DNA of 64,000 bases, taken from Podarcis cretensis. Its lineage: Eukaryota. The stretch's first letter is position 1; the number at the start of each line of letters is the position of its first letter. Below are positions 50,991-64,000 of the stretch, piece by piece. Location: assembly GCA_951804945.1 (NCBI GenBank), contig OX638160.1:22568001-22632000 (forward strand). Reading direction: 5' to 3'. Below the pieces are notes generated by a model. The model made no database searches, was not told the DNA's origin, and saw only the letters and a list, made by a program, of their open reading frames with translations. A program made the translations under genes and the position numbers.

Positions 50991-52612
50991 TATTCGTATA
51001 ATAAGCCAAAATAAGGCAGGATATGAAGCCAATTTTAAACTAGGGCTTGTACTGAAGCAGCTCAGTTGTAATGGGACATGAAGTTAACTGAGGACTTCCG
51101 GGTTCATTTGCCAGCTTACACAATGAGGTTGCATTCAGGGGGATGAAGCGCAATCTCATAAAGCCAAGATATGATCTCCAGAACACACCCAATCAACAGC
51201 TAGAGTTACAAACAATTAAATGGGCCTGCCTGTGTATTAGCTATGCATGATGACAAAAGCACACATCCCCTTTGTAGGCAAAATGGTTTGCTCAAAAACT
51301 GACGTATGCCTTGCTTTGATAACACAGCTGTAGCTACTAAGACACAATGTGACAGTAGGTTTCCAACCTCTAGGTAGGAGGAAGCAGGGCTAAAGTGGGG
51401 TGGTTTGGTTTGGTTTGGTTTTTTTTACAAATTACTGGTGAATTGGATTGTGAATTAAGAGGAATGAACCAAAGAAAGACCACACACAAATTGTAAACAG
51501 TGTCTCTCTCCCAAGTGCAAATAAATGGAGGCACATCAAAGAACACAGCCCCTTGTTGTTTGATGCACCCAGATGCAAAATGCCCTAGTCATGGATTTTG
51601 CTAAATTGGTGCAATTTCAGGAGGAAGTGTAGGCTGAGGATATAGGAGCCAAGAGGATCTACACTACAAAACAGTGCTGCGCTCACAGGCAATGACGGCA
51701 GGGTCTTCTTCCCCCATCTGTTGTGCTGTTTCAGCAAATGCATTCACCAAAGACAAAAGAAACAGAAAACGCTTTCAGCTAGAGATTTGCCTGTGTTATT
51801 TACTTTTGATCCCCTAAACAGATCTCTGCAAAGGGGGTTTAAACCTCAAGGATTAAAATTAGATGGAACTAACTGACCAGGTGTGTCCGGCTCAGCCAGC
51901 TTTTGTTCAGAAAGGCACATGCATTAAAAGTGCCTCAATACACTCACTGGTCAGAGAATTACACACAACTCTGTTTGCATTGGGCATTATCAATGTAAAG
52001 ACATCACCCATTAATGAAATTCCCCATTCTAAGCCCAGGGGAAGTGCTGCCTGCACCAGCTTGGTTAAACAAACATGCTGCGTGTGAGGTTCAGGGAGAG
52101 CAAATGATTTTCTGCCGCCACAGTATCTTTGCAGGTGCAGAAGCGATTACTTAGGAGGGGCAGCTTGCTTCAAGGAACAAAATCTTATTTATGGGCTTCT
52201 CTCCTTTTAAAGGTTCCTATTAACAAAGATTACAGGCCTGCCCACCCTGTATTTGAGATCAAAGCTTGCTTCAATATCTGTTTTTCAGATGGGCATGTTC
52301 CGAGGTCACTTTCTGCTGTCCTTGCCTGGGACTCTTGGAAGTCAGTGTTTAACCCGCCCTGCCCCAAGGAACCTTGTCCATGTGCCTTTCTGTGGCTCAT
52401 TCTACCCTCAGTTCACAAACAATACCAATGATGCCTAGAACATGTTCCTGTGATGCCTACACACTATAGGGGAGACTAGTTATAGTGGGCAAGCTTACCT
52501 TCTGAAAAGCTCATTTCCAAATGTCTTCTTGTAAAACAAACAAACAAAAACAAACCCTGATAAGCTTCTGACCCAACTACTGAATGTTCTGAAAACACAG
52601 GTAGTTGCTGTA

Positions 52613-52979
52613 AGGTAATGGTAAAGGTACCCCTGCCCGTACGGGCCAGTCGTGTCCGACTCTAGGGTTGTGTGCCCATCTCACTTAAGAGGCCGGGGGC
52701 CAGCGCTGTCCGGAGACACTTCCGGGTCACGTGGCCAGCGTGACGAAGCTGCTCTGGTGAGCCAGCACCAGCGCAGCACACGAAAACGCCGTTTACCTTC
52801 CCGCTATAAAGCGGTACCTATTTATCTACTTGCACTTAAGGGTGCTTTTGAACTGCTAGGTGGGCAGGAGCTGGGACCGAAAGACGGGAGCTCACCCCGC
52901 TGCAGGGATTCGAACCGCCGACCATGCGATCGGCAAGCCCTAGGCACTGAGGTTTTACCCACAGCGCCACCCGCGTCCC
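52613..52979 (-). mobile_element. Sauria SINE, full length
   Basis: Head gggacgcgggtggcgctgtggg, B-box GGTTCGAATCC, tail; imperfect TSD tagttgct(g/c)ta. Confidence 0.92.
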
Positions 52980-53485
52980 TATATAGTTGCTCTACACCAG
53001 GTTAAACTATTATTCCATCTAGTCCTGTACTATCAGTGGCTCTACATAGTCTCTGGAAGAGGTCTTCTAACCTGAGAGATACCAGGCCTTGAACCTTCTG
53101 TATGAAAATCATGTGCCCAACCTACTATAGTACCGCCTCCAAACCACTGAACCTGAGACCTTCTACATTTGAAGCATGTGTTCTACCATACAGATATGGC
53201 ACCCCCCCCCCAAAAAAAAACCAAAACCACACACCGTATCATGAAGGCAGGGTTAAAGGAACCTGTGGTCCTCCAGATGCTGTTGGACAACAATTCCCAT
53301 CAATCTCAGCCAGTGTGGCTCATGATCAGGAATGATGGGGATTGTAGCCCAACAACATTTAAAGCAGCCTTTCCCAATCTTGGATGCCAATTCCCATCTC
53401 CCCCAGACAGCATGGCCAACCGTCAAGGATAGTGGAAGTTGTAGTCCAGCAATATCTGGAGACCCAAAGCTGGTAAAGCCTGATA

Positions 53486-53711
53486 CAGTGGTACCTTGGG
53501 TTAAGTACTTAATTCGTTCTGGAGGTCCGTTCTTAACCTGAAACTGTTCTTAACCTGAAGCACCATTTTAGCTAATGGGGCCTCCTGCTGCCGCTGCGCC
53601 GCCAAAGCCCGATTTCTGTTCTTATCCTGAAGCAAAGTTCTTAACCTGAAGCACTATTTCTGGGTTAGCGGAGTCTGTAACCTGAAGCGTATGTAACCCG
53701 AGGTACCACTG
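53486..53711. mobile_element. Tigger-like MITE, CAGTGGTACCTC family
   Basis: TA|cagtggtaccttgggtta...taacccgaggtaccactg|TA. Confidence 0.92.
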
Positions 53712-54759
53712 TATAAGAGAGCCACAGGTTCCTCACCTATGTTTTCAGCGTAAAAAAGGAATAAGGCTTATAGTGACCATCGCATGAGTATGGCTCTCTG
53801 AAAACACTCCACAGCAAGTGTCAGCTTTGTTTTGGCAGTCGTCCCCCCCCCCCCCGTCGAAAAAAACCAGAACACAAAGAATCATAAAAAGGAGTCTTGC
53901 ATCTCTGATCAGGCAGAAGAGGACGGAACACAGATTGAGAACAAATTCAATACTAGGTTTGGTGAGACCAAGAAGCAGACTAGAATGTGGTGGACAATGC
54001 CCCGTGACAACTGCAGTGTTTTTGAAGCATTGTGACTCCAATGAAACCTGCTGACACACCCAACCTGCTGAAGATTGGCTGGTTGGTGCAAAAGCAGAAC
54101 AAATGAGCTACAACCATTTTCCTTTGCACTTTTCTTGCACTTGAATCCCTTTCTCCTTGGTATTAAAACATGCCTAGATAAGCTCTTGGCAGTGACTCCA
54201 TGGTTTCTCAGTCCAGGACTTGTAGATGACTTGTCTCAGACAATGTTGCAAGAAAACAAATACAGAGGAGTAGCTGCTGCTATCAGAAGCAACTGAACAA
54301 AGCCCAGTCAAGGATTGCAACATGGCCAGGTAAAGTCTTACACACAGATATGAGTGAATGCCAAGAGGCTGTTCTGAAACAGTTCATTTCGGACGCCTCC
54401 CCTTCAGAAAGCAGCTAGCTCAGGAGAACTTTGGAAACAGACTCTGGGGCAGTGCAAGGGTCTGTGATCAGGAACAGTTCAAGCAAGAGGCCATGCTGCC
54501 TGGCATGCAGAAGGGACTGTATATGTCTAAAGAGGCTCTTTGGACTGATTGCTCATGGTTCTAAAATTGCAAAGCAACCATTCAGAGAGAAAAAACACAC
54601 AGCACTGTTTCATAAATAAAAAAATCAAAGCAGTGAATGCCTTCACCTTGATAAGGAAATGAGCTTGGAAAACTGAACCAATCCTTTATATCCCTGCCTG
54701 ATCACTGATGCCTCGGGGGGAGTCACTGTTAGTGGTCCTCCATGGCTCAGATGCATGGC

Positions 54760-54985
54760 TCTCCTATCCACCAGGAACTGTTCAATATTGTGTTTTATGG
54801 AACTCCCTTCCAGTTGAGGTCAGATAGGTCACTTCCCTGCTGAACTTCCAGCACCTACTGAAGACATTTCTTTTATTATTCCAACAGGCATTCCAGCTGA
54901 AGTCTGATTTTATCATTTTAATTTGTTTTTATTCTTTGCATTGTATATTTGTAAACAGCTTAGAGACTATCATACATAAGTGGTA
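54760..54985 (+). mobile_element. Old L2-type 3' end remnant
   Basis: ttatggaactcccttccagttgaggtcaga...ttccagcacctactgaagacatttct (LWNSLP-like motif) followed by an AT-rich tail. Confidence 0.5.
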
Positions 54986-56623
54986 TATAAATTATTTAAA
55001 TAAAAACAACAAATTACTTTAAAAAACAGAAACCAGTTGACAACTGCAGACCTAATTCTACTTCTGTTTCATCTCTTTAGGACAGGCCAGCAAGAAGGCG
55101 GCATGAAAGCTAGAGCAAGGCTAGGAAAACAGAAGGAAGCCCAGTTCTTAGTGGTCCCATTCCCTTGATTTTGATGGTGCTGAACAAATGGGCCCTGACC
55201 TGCAGATTGCTTAGGGAGCCGGCCCTTGCATTAGGCAAAGTGAAGCAACTGACTCAGCTAGCAGGTGCACTTGGGAAGCGCTTCGCCTGGGGACAAATGT
55301 ACCACTGCAAGACCTGAACTGAACTTCTAGCCATTCCACTGGAACATGAAATGCATTTTTCTGTGCATAGAAATGTGCTCCATCCCTAAAGGTTCCCTAC
55401 AATGCCACTATCCGCAGTCATAATGATAGGTACTCACTAGTTAAATATGCATCAATTCAGAACACATAAGATATTCTTGCTGCAATCAAATGCCATTTTC
55501 CTACATATGGTTACCAACCACAAATTTATTCACATAATATTAACATTGACTCGTTTTTCTTCATATCCCCCCTTCTAGTCTTCCACTTCATCAACCACAA
55601 TCAGCATAATTAATGCAAATACGCTGGTTTATTTGACACATTGTTCAATATGACATATTTCAATATTAAACAAATAACGATTCAGATCCTTTTCCAACCA
55701 ACACACACACACAAAGCAGGCTTGAAATTAAGTCTATAAATTCCCATTAATAACTAATAGTGGCAATTTATCCATGACTGTCAAGTCAAATAGATCTGCA
55801 GTGCACTAGACAAAAAAAAAAATGGGGTTAAAAAAGAGCTTAAAATAAATTTTCATTTGTTTCCAATTATTTTGTTAGTGTTTTGCACTGCTAAATTTAC
55901 TTCTGTTCATATATATATAAAAATGAACAGCAAGTGATGAGAGCTCTTTATACATCTCAGGGTTTTACGGTATATAATTTGGGCTGGAAGCATAGAAACT
56001 TGTTTTGAACATTCCCCAGGTATTCTGCCATGCCTCCATCCTTCATTTACATTTCACAGGTGTCTTTCAATTGAATCGGTGGCCTTTCATGCTACAAGCA
56101 ACTATTTGCCAGGACACCAGTTACACACTTCAACCCTGGCTACCCAAACCACTCCCTTTGATGGTCCAACTGTAAGAGTCCGCTCATTTTATTGCAGCAG
56201 CAAAAAAGGAAAAACCTACTTCTATCCATGTAGCTTGTTCGTCGATGGGAAAGAATTCATTGTGCTCTTCCCCTCCAAACATTTTCAGTCATATAATGGA
56301 ACTTGTTGCACCCATTCCAAAGTTGCCCTTCCACAAAATAATGTTATAATAATGAATAATAAGAACATCTGCAGTTTGCATTTTGAAAGGTTTTATAAAA
56401 AAGAAAAAAAGAAACCCCAACAACTTGTGATATTAAGTTTGATTCTTAACAGTGAAAGCAGAAACTGTTAGTAAGAAAGGTTCTACCAATAGAACAAATC
56501 CATTTTCATTTTCTGGTTTCTCCTCTCTAATACCACACTCGTATTAAGCATGAGTCACCTAACTTCCTCCTTATTTCACAGCATTCAAAAATCTGCTGAT
56601 CATTCAAATCTAGAGGTGGGGTA

Positions 56624-56684
56624 GGGAAAGGAGGGAGAGAGGGAGGGAGGGAGGGAGGGAGGGAGAGAGAGAGAGAGAGAGAGA
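56624..56684. repeat. Polypurine (GGGA)n/(GA)n tract
   Basis: gggaaaggagggagagagggagggagggagggagggagggagagagagagagagagagaga. Confidence 0.93.
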
Positions 56685-58899
56685 AAGTACATCATACCAG
56701 AAAACCCCGTTTATTGATTCAGCTCTACTCTCAAGAAAATAACACAGCCAAATAGATTTCAAACAACCGTATTATAGTCGTTGCAAAGCAAAGGAGGACA
56801 TTTTTGTTTACCTAATTGCAGGAGTCTGGAGGCAAGCCAGGAAATACGCTTGAGAACAGCTCCCAAGATTTGAGTAGTCACCCAAATCTTTAGTTCCGAA
56901 CAAACTCCCTTACAATCCCAGGCAGGTAAAATGCCTCCCATGTGTCTCCACTGCAATTTATTTAGCCCCCCTTTCACCCCCCCTCTCCAAGTGAAGCTTT
57001 CTCATTTGCATAAAAGCAACTTCCAGCCTATGGGACTTTGAACGGCTACATGTACCCTTAGCTGCCTTAACATGCTTTCCCAAGCATGACATCACAGATC
57101 TCCATGGTTACTTAAACCCCACCTGCCTACACAGTAGAGCTAACCTGTCAGATTGAGGCCGCACAATGCAATTGAACTGTTTCCTTCCAAGTAAATGTTT
57201 AACAGTCTACTCCTTGGCATGGTGCTGATCTACTACAAAGCAGGTTTATAAAAAAAAAAAAATAGAACACATGTTTATTTTGAAGGCGAACAAACTGTGG
57301 GAGTATAGGATGGGTCTTTTCTAATAACTGTGGAGCAACAAAATGTGACCTGCCCAACAGTGCAAAAAGAAACAACCTGCAAGGGTGCACACACACGAAA
57401 AACTGTTGTGTTGAAGACCCAGGCGTTGTAAGGTTTTGCTAATACAGTTTCTGCAGGTTCATTGTTTCCCTTTGCAACAATTCTCTTTTCTTTTCTTTTT
57501 TAAAAAGAACCCATAATGCCCTTTGGGCAGCACAACCTGTAAAACTGGTTTCTCCTGGAGACTTTCTCTCTCTCCCCCCCCCCCATTTTATTTGGCAGGA
57601 ATTCAGCTATTTTTTAAACAGCCTTCCACCGCTGCGTGCATTATTTGAATCTCACAGCAGATTCCTCCTCCTCTGCCTCAGCTGCTTTTCCTCCTGCACT
57701 GCCCACTCACTAACCGCCATTGCTCTCTCAAAGGAAAGAGAACAACGAGAAAGAGCGGTGCAACTCTGTGGACCTACCTGCAATGCAGGGAACTTGGCAC
57801 ACCACTTTCAGAAGCTGCCCCTCCAAAATTTCCGAGACCTTACACACACACACACCACCTTTTCTTTATGTCTCTCTTCCTGCTTTTCAGTAAACGGCGG
57901 GTCTCATTCGCAAGTCATTCCGGGCTTCCCTGGTCAAAGCATGCTGAAAGTTTCATTTTCCATCTCACCAGCAGTGCGGGGGGTGGAGTGGAGAGACACA
58001 CACAACACCTTCCTCCACTCCGGTCCAGCACCAGCTTCTGGAGTTGTGACAACCTTCCTACTATTCCTTTCAGAAAGATCTGAGAAGTTCTGCCTTAGTT
58101 TCCGGGGGAATTGTTTTGCAATAAGAGCCACACCTGTCAGAGTGCATTGTCTGTATCATAACAGTGCCTGGGGGTTGATGTTTAGATAAAGCTTCTTCCA
58201 CTGGGTGCCGACATGCCTATTAGAAGCACTTTTCTGCTTCATGCTAGGTTGATATCTAGATGGTCACACGGGGAGCTTCCCTGCACACAGCAAGGTTTAC
58301 GGGGATCCCTTCCCAAAGGCAGCAAGACACACACCCTCCACCTGACTACTCACAAAAACATAGAGGATCTCTGGGAACAGCCTCTGATGCAAACTGATGA
58401 CCTGACAGTGGAGGAAGTCCCAGTGACCACAGAGAAGGTCATTTGTGTGCTTATGGGTTCTTTGGATGCTGTCCAAAACCCATTAGGCAGCAAAGCATTC
58501 ATAAGGTGGAAGAGAAGTTGAAAAACATCAACAGATCATTTCTGTCATTCTACCTGGCTGCTTCCCAGCAGTAAAACAATAGATGTGATTGTGTCCCAAT
58601 AGAAGGAGAAAGGGGTGGCTTCCCGGATGCTGAGCTCCTTGCAGGGGCCACCCACACAAGGCAGCAAAGTACACAGATGGGATGGATAAAACATCCAACT
58701 GAGTCATTAGGAACACCATGTTAGGATAAAGCTGATGTCTGGCTGTGGTTATGTTTGGGCTGTCTGCAAACTCATGTTCTCCTCATTTTCATTATTTGAG
58801 GAAAAAATACTTTTATTTCTTTAATTAATTCCCACACTGCCACAATGCAGACAGTTTTGTACACTTCATTTGGTTGGACACCTTTGGAAAAAGTGAGTA

Positions 58900-59341
58900 C
58901 CGTATTTTTCGCTCCATAAGGCGCACCTGACCATAAGACACACCTAGTTTTTATACAGGGGGAATGCAAGAAAAAAATATTCTTTAAAGGGAGCGCTGAG
59001 CAGAACCTGTATGCATCCCAGGCTCTGCTCAGTGCTCCCTTTCACGAGCTGCATGGAGCGTGTGCGTGGCGCTTGCAGGCTTTTCCCCTGAGGAGGGAGA
59101 AGCCCCCAAGAGCCGCACACACGCTCCACACAGCTCTTGGGGGCTTTTCCAGGAGGTGGGGGAAGGGACTGAGGGGCTATCCCAGAAGCTAGAACAGCAA
59201 GAGGGAGCGCTGCGCAGTGATCCCTCTCACTGTTCTGGCTTCTGGGATAGCTGCACAGCCTATATTCGCTCCATAAGACGCACACACATTTCCCCTTACT
59301 TTTTAGGAGGGAAAAAGTGTGTCATAGAGTGAAAAATACGG
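58900..59341. mobile_element. Tc1/mariner(pogo)-type MITE, CCGTATTTTT family, intermediate form (opposite orientation to 14880)
   Basis: TA|ccgtatttttcgctccataag...gaaaaatacgg|TA; internal palindrome aaagggagcgctgagcaga...tctgctcagtgctcccttt. Confidence 0.88.
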
Positions 59342-62300
59342 TATTTTGAAGGGTAGCTTTGTTTCTATTTGAACTTATGAATTGGGGCATTTCATATTAA
59401 AATGCGAACTAAACTAATTCCTCTCCCGTCACTACTCTGGGGCATTGTGGGAAATTAAAATGGCAGCCCTCAACAACCTGACATCTTTCACAATGCTGTT
59501 ACCTGTTACTAGCTATCACCACTACCATGTAAACCACCCAGGGTCTACCAATAGAGGGAAGGAGAAGTCTCAGACGGGCCTCCACGGACTTGGAGCCAAT
59601 TCTCTTATTAGGTCCTCTTTGTTTTTGAGCCTCCACCCATGCAGAAGCTTATGGGGCAGCCAGCCTTTCCTGCAATCCTGTGGTACCTTAACCTTTGAAG
59701 AAGGGCAGACCACACATACACCCATTACCAATTAGCTAGGGATTGTCTGTCACAGGTCTTTACGACTGACTAAGAAGCAGACTTCGCTTATTGTATGACA
59801 GGTTTCCATGAAATAGTTTTAAGATGAACAGCTTGTTGTGTATGCTATCTTTAAACCCATCTCTACTTTGATCATGAACCTGGCGAGGGAATGATTCTAG
59901 ACAAAGGCAGTATGTTCTCACCCTCTGAGCAATGATGTTGCTTTAAAGGTTATGCACTTATTATCATACCCGACTCATTTATAAAATGTATAAACAGGAG
60001 ATACTCCTTTGACGCATGCATGTTTTACTCAGAAGTAAGCCCCACTGAATTCAACAGAGCAGCACAATCTTAACCATATCTGCTCAGAAGTAGGTCCTGC
60101 TGAATTCAACCTCGCTTACTCCTGAGAAAACATCGCTCCCTTAGGATTGCAGTCTTAATAAATTAGCAAGTATGGCACATTTTAAACAGGCAGAAAATGC
60201 AGTTACTGCATTCCTTCTGTAATTTATTGGCTTCGGAGGGAGATCAAGTTGCAAAATGTGTAGGGTTTTCTCTACAATAGTCTGTTCAAACTTGGCTTGC
60301 AAGTATCTTCGCCAGTGGAACAAAATATTTACATGACTCAGGAAAGATCTAATCTCACATCTCTTTTTTTAAAAAAAGGAAAAAAGAAAGCAATTTGTGC
60401 ATAATCTTTAACTACCACCCTACATTCTCCACACAGATACTCTAGTTCATTACAAAGATAACAAGCACAATCAATGAAGCAGTCAGGGAAGAGCTTCAAG
60501 ATTTCAAAGTCAGAGGGGGAAAGAGGGGAGGCGCAAGCAGTGCTCAGAGATTTATAGCACTTGGCAGGAAATCAGAGCTCTGAGAGCAGCTCCAACATCT
60601 TATGAGCTGCTGTGGGAAACACCAGTGTTGTACCAGAGTTTCCTGCAGCACAACACGTACACGCGTACATCACACTAGAGAATAGAGATAACTTTTAAGC
60701 ACCAGGGTATGTGTATCTGGGGAATGCAGAACAAGAAAGCCCTATGTGAGAACATGCAAGCGTACAAAGTGTGCTATGATGAAGTTGATGGTGATTAAAA
60801 TTTATTAGTCGCTTCTTTTGCAAAAGTAATTCGCATGAAAACAAGCATGAAAACAAGGCAGGGAAAAATCTAAAACTCAATTCATATATTTTTTTTCAAA
60901 GGTAGAACTAAAACTTCACACCCACTGAAGGAGGCCACAGATAAAAGCCAAAAGCCTGGCGGAAAAGAAATGTTTTTTGGCCAGTGCAAAAGAAACACGG
61001 ACAGAAACTGGCAAATTAACCCCTCCCAAACTGGCTTAAATGCAAATAGTTTTTGCTATGACTCCAACATTTCTTCTCATCCACCCTTTATTAGGTTGCT
61101 CCTGTTCTGCCCATTTGTGTTTTAGCTTTCCTTAAAATGTTGATCGTAATGTCTCTTTGTGTAAACTATATTAGGTGCATTTAGTTGTGAATGTGAACAG
61201 AAACAGCTTCTTTATGGCCATTTTCACCAGAAACAGAGCATCTGGGTTTTGGATTTTCTCAGTCTATAATTTAAATTGTGTCATTCAGAAAATGGCTCTT
61301 TGATTAGATAGTAGCTATTTTCAAATTTTGTCTTCCACTTCCTCTCCATCAGTAACATCACTGACAAGTAACACATTCCAGACACAGAGGAATTGTCAAA
61401 GTCAGCTGTGGATATTTCATTTGACTTTGCATGCTTTTGAAAGGGTGGGGTAGGAAAAGGGAATCCGCCCTCAATCTTAAAATCATTTTGAAGACTTTGT
61501 AATGACATAATGTGGGCTGGCCAAGGATCTCAGTACTAAATTTAATTGCAAACCGGACATTTCCACATTCCAGTCACCACCATGGGCTGCTTAGCCACAG
61601 CCAGTAAAAACCCACACAAATTAACAGTAGGGCTGCTAGTTTTAATTATCACACCAGTCATCTTAAGCTTTCGTCGATCAAATTATGGGGGGCAACCTAA
61701 CAGAACAATCCAAACTATAGGAAGCCATGTATAATTTATACTGGTGTAACTTACCCCTATTCTAAACTCCTTTCAGCTAAGCTAACCCAAGCCTGGCAGA
61801 GAGAAACCAAGCTTTTAAAACATAATTCGACTTGCACCACCCTTTTTGTCAGTGTAACTTTTGCTAGGTAATATGATCAAGAAGAAAGGAATTTGGAACA
61901 GGGATAAGTCTCCTTCTTCCCTATCCTACCTCTGGCATGCCTCATTAAGGCAGCACCCCTGAAAAAGTTCCAAGATTTTTGCCCTTTCTGAAAAGTCACT
62001 GAATATTCTCCCAGATGCCCACTTCAGCAAGGTACAAATTTGTCTTGAAAACCCAGAGTTGAATATTAAGCCCCACTTTGGTTCCAGCCCTTAGCTCCAG
62101 CTCCCAGCTTGTCCCTGGCTCCTGCATCCCTCTTAACAGCTGCCTATGGCTTAGCTCTGACAAAGAAGCAGGTTGTGCTTTCATGCCATGTCCTATAACT
62201 GCTGAAAAGCAATTGTGTTTAGTCGAGCAAAACTGGTGCCTCAGAACCTGTTAAAATACTTCTGTCACAGCAGGTTGACAAAGGCTCAGATTCAAAGCTC

Positions 62301-62950
62301 ACAACCAACTCATGGATTGCATCCAACCAGTTTTAATCAGAGCAGACCCACTGAAATGAATGAACCAAAGTAATTAATTTCAATGGGTCTGCTCTAAGCA
62401 AAAGTTAGTTGAATATGACCCTATGATTTGGAACCCAAACCCTGTGCTGAGCTTACAAATCGTGAAGCACATCATGTTTTAGAGAAGGGGAAGCCAATAT
62501 GATGCCCTTCAGATGTTATGGGCTGCAACTGCAGTCATTCCAGCAAGGCAAATGGTCTGGGATGATGGGAGTTATAGTTTATTATCTGGGGGACACCATG
62601 TTAGCTACCCATGGCTTAGAAATACCTTTCTGTTCATCACTCCTTCCTTGAGAAGCAGAGGTGGAGCAACAGCTTTAGAACGATGATTTGTCAGTTCAAG
62701 TATCACACATCCCTTCATGGTTTGTAAGGTCACTGTCAACAACATCCAGAGAGCACCACACTGGCTACCCCTGACTCAAGAGAGTCAGATGGTCTGTAAT
62801 TTTGTCCTAAAGAATTTCAGCCAGTAGAAAACACACAGTCAGGTGGGTCATGTGTTGGCAGTGGAGCAACTCTTGCTAGACTATACCATTTCAGACTGCA
62901 GAAGCGGCAGGACTGAATATTTGGGTGCTTAGTATTTATAAACCCTAAAC

Positions 62951-63085
62951 CAGGCATAGGCAAACTTGGCCCTCCAGACATTTTTGGGCTACAACTCCCA
63001 TGATCTCTAGCTAGCAGGTCAGTGGTCAGGGTTGGTGGGAATTGTAGTTTCAAAACATCTGGAGGGCCGAGTTTGCCTATGCCTG
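62951..63085. mobile_element. 135-bp palindromic hAT-type MITE
   Basis: caggcataggcaaact...agtttgcctatgcctg; perfect 8-bp TSD ccctaaac (62943-62950 / 63086-63093). Confidence 0.92.
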
Positions 63086-63522
63086 CCCTAAACATTACAA
63101 AAAAGCAAAGAAACAAACCATTTAAACATGTCAGGGAAAAGGCTAGATTAGAATACTTTTCCCTGACAGGTTAAGTTTTCTACGTGCATGGTCCCTCATA
63201 CAAAAAACTTCCTGCAGACAAACTCTCTCCTGCTTTCGCTCTGAAATGGAACTGCACTGTATGATTTTCTAAGACCGAGCAATTCCTGTATTTTACCAGT
63301 CTGATCTGGCAGCCTTTTACATGTACGCAAGCTCCATATCGATTCCTTGCAAGAATAAGGGCTCCCTGACTGGCTTCAGTATCAGCAGGAGCTCCACGAA
63401 TTCGTTCCCATTCAGCAGCAAAGCCCACTTGCACAGGAATTCCATGTGTGAATAAATACCCACAAGGGTTTTAGCATCAGAACCAAAGCCACATATGTAT
63501 ACATTTGCTTTGTCTTCCATAC

Positions 63523-63800
63523 CTGATCTCTCAGTCTTTCTTGGTGGCCCATGATCGCAGTGGCATGGTGAGGATATTTCTGCTTCAGGTGCTCTAGAAA
63601 AGCTTCTCTCTTCTTGTCCATATCTGATGCCTGCATTCCCAGAATTTCTCTGGAACTTCGAGGTCCACCTACGGTGTGTCTGCGAGGAATGTTGCGGCCT
63701 GCCTTTGCAGAAGCCTGGCTGTTTCCAGAAGCAACAAGTTCCTTAGGCCACAGGTATTCTGCATCGTCTAACGAGGTTGCATGCAAATTGCTTTTCTGGT
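63523..63800 (-). CDS. KIAA1217: Internal coding exon (orthologous to human exon 2) of sickle tail protein homolog
   Basis: Translates (x)QKSNLHATSLDDAEYLWPKELVASGNSQASAKAGRNIPRRHTVGGPRSSREILGMQASDMDKKREAFLEHLKQKYPHHATAIMGHQERLRDQ, matching the KIAA1217/Skt N-terminal block (RNIPRRHTxGGPRSS...KREAFLEHLKQKYPHHA...GHQERLRDQ) better than paralog SRCIN1. Acceptor ctcacctttttgatttgcAG at 63801-63820; donor CAG|GTATGG at 63522. 278 nt, phase 1 to phase 0. Confidence 0.95.
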
Positions 63801-64000
63801 CTGCAAATCAAAAAGGTGAGATATGATCAAAACAGAATCTCAGCAGTCATGCCTACAGAAGTAGAAGAAGAAAGTTTATTTTTTGGTGTGGATGTGCATG
63901 TTTTTTTTAAAAAAATAGCATAGAAGGATATGGTTCTGCTCTGTTTAATGAGGAGAGATGCTATTAGGCTTAACTAAGAGAACCGCTAAAATAGTAGTTT

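Larger units (their letters stand above)
1..63522 (-). other. KIAA1217: Large intron of KIAA1217 downstream of the 63523-63800 exon (continues beyond the window start)
   Basis: GT donor at 63521-63522; no further recognisable KIAA1217 coding sequence in the window; repeat-rich non-coding composition. Confidence 0.8.

Noticed and set aside
56759-56977. ORF with donor TAG|GTAAAC near 56811
   Set aside because: Out of phase with the downstream exon, weak donor, no recognisable protein similarity.
63412-63786. 124-aa ORF as a standalone gene
   Set aside because: It is the KIAA1217 exon read from a non-ATG codon and running through the donor into intron; homology stops at ...ERLRDQ.
1-64000. Intact autonomous transposon, endogenous virus or prokaryotic-type system
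   Set aside because: No long ORF with transposase, RT, integrase or viral motifs beyond short decayed L2 and CR1 fragments.

Overview
Eukaryotic (squamate, most likely lacertid lizard) genomic DNA. The window lies inside the KIAA1217 / sickle tail (Skt, Etl4) gene on the minus strand. One confident coding exon is present (63523-63800, equivalent to human exon 2); the other ~63.5 kb is the following large intron. The intron holds seven Sauria SINEs, other tRNA-derived SINEs, L2/CR1/L1-like fragments, Tc1/mariner-type MITEs (TA target duplications), short palindromic hAT-type MITEs (8-bp target duplications), a solo LTR and microsatellites. Almost all ORFs in the supplied track are chance or repeat-derived. 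I see no prokaryotic-type system, no CRISPR array and no intact autonomous transposon, and I cannot claim a new biological system. The best leads are: (1) three CpG-enriched, repeat-free patches each ending in a minus-strand splice donor, which may be internal alternative first exons, one encoding an in-phase 21-aa N-terminus; (2) a three-level SINE>MITE>solo-LTR nesting; (3) inverted young SINE pairs and MITE hairpins able to form dsRNA in the pre-mRNA; (4) a near-palindromic Brachyury site in a notochord gene. Repeat family names are from recognition by eye, not from a database search.
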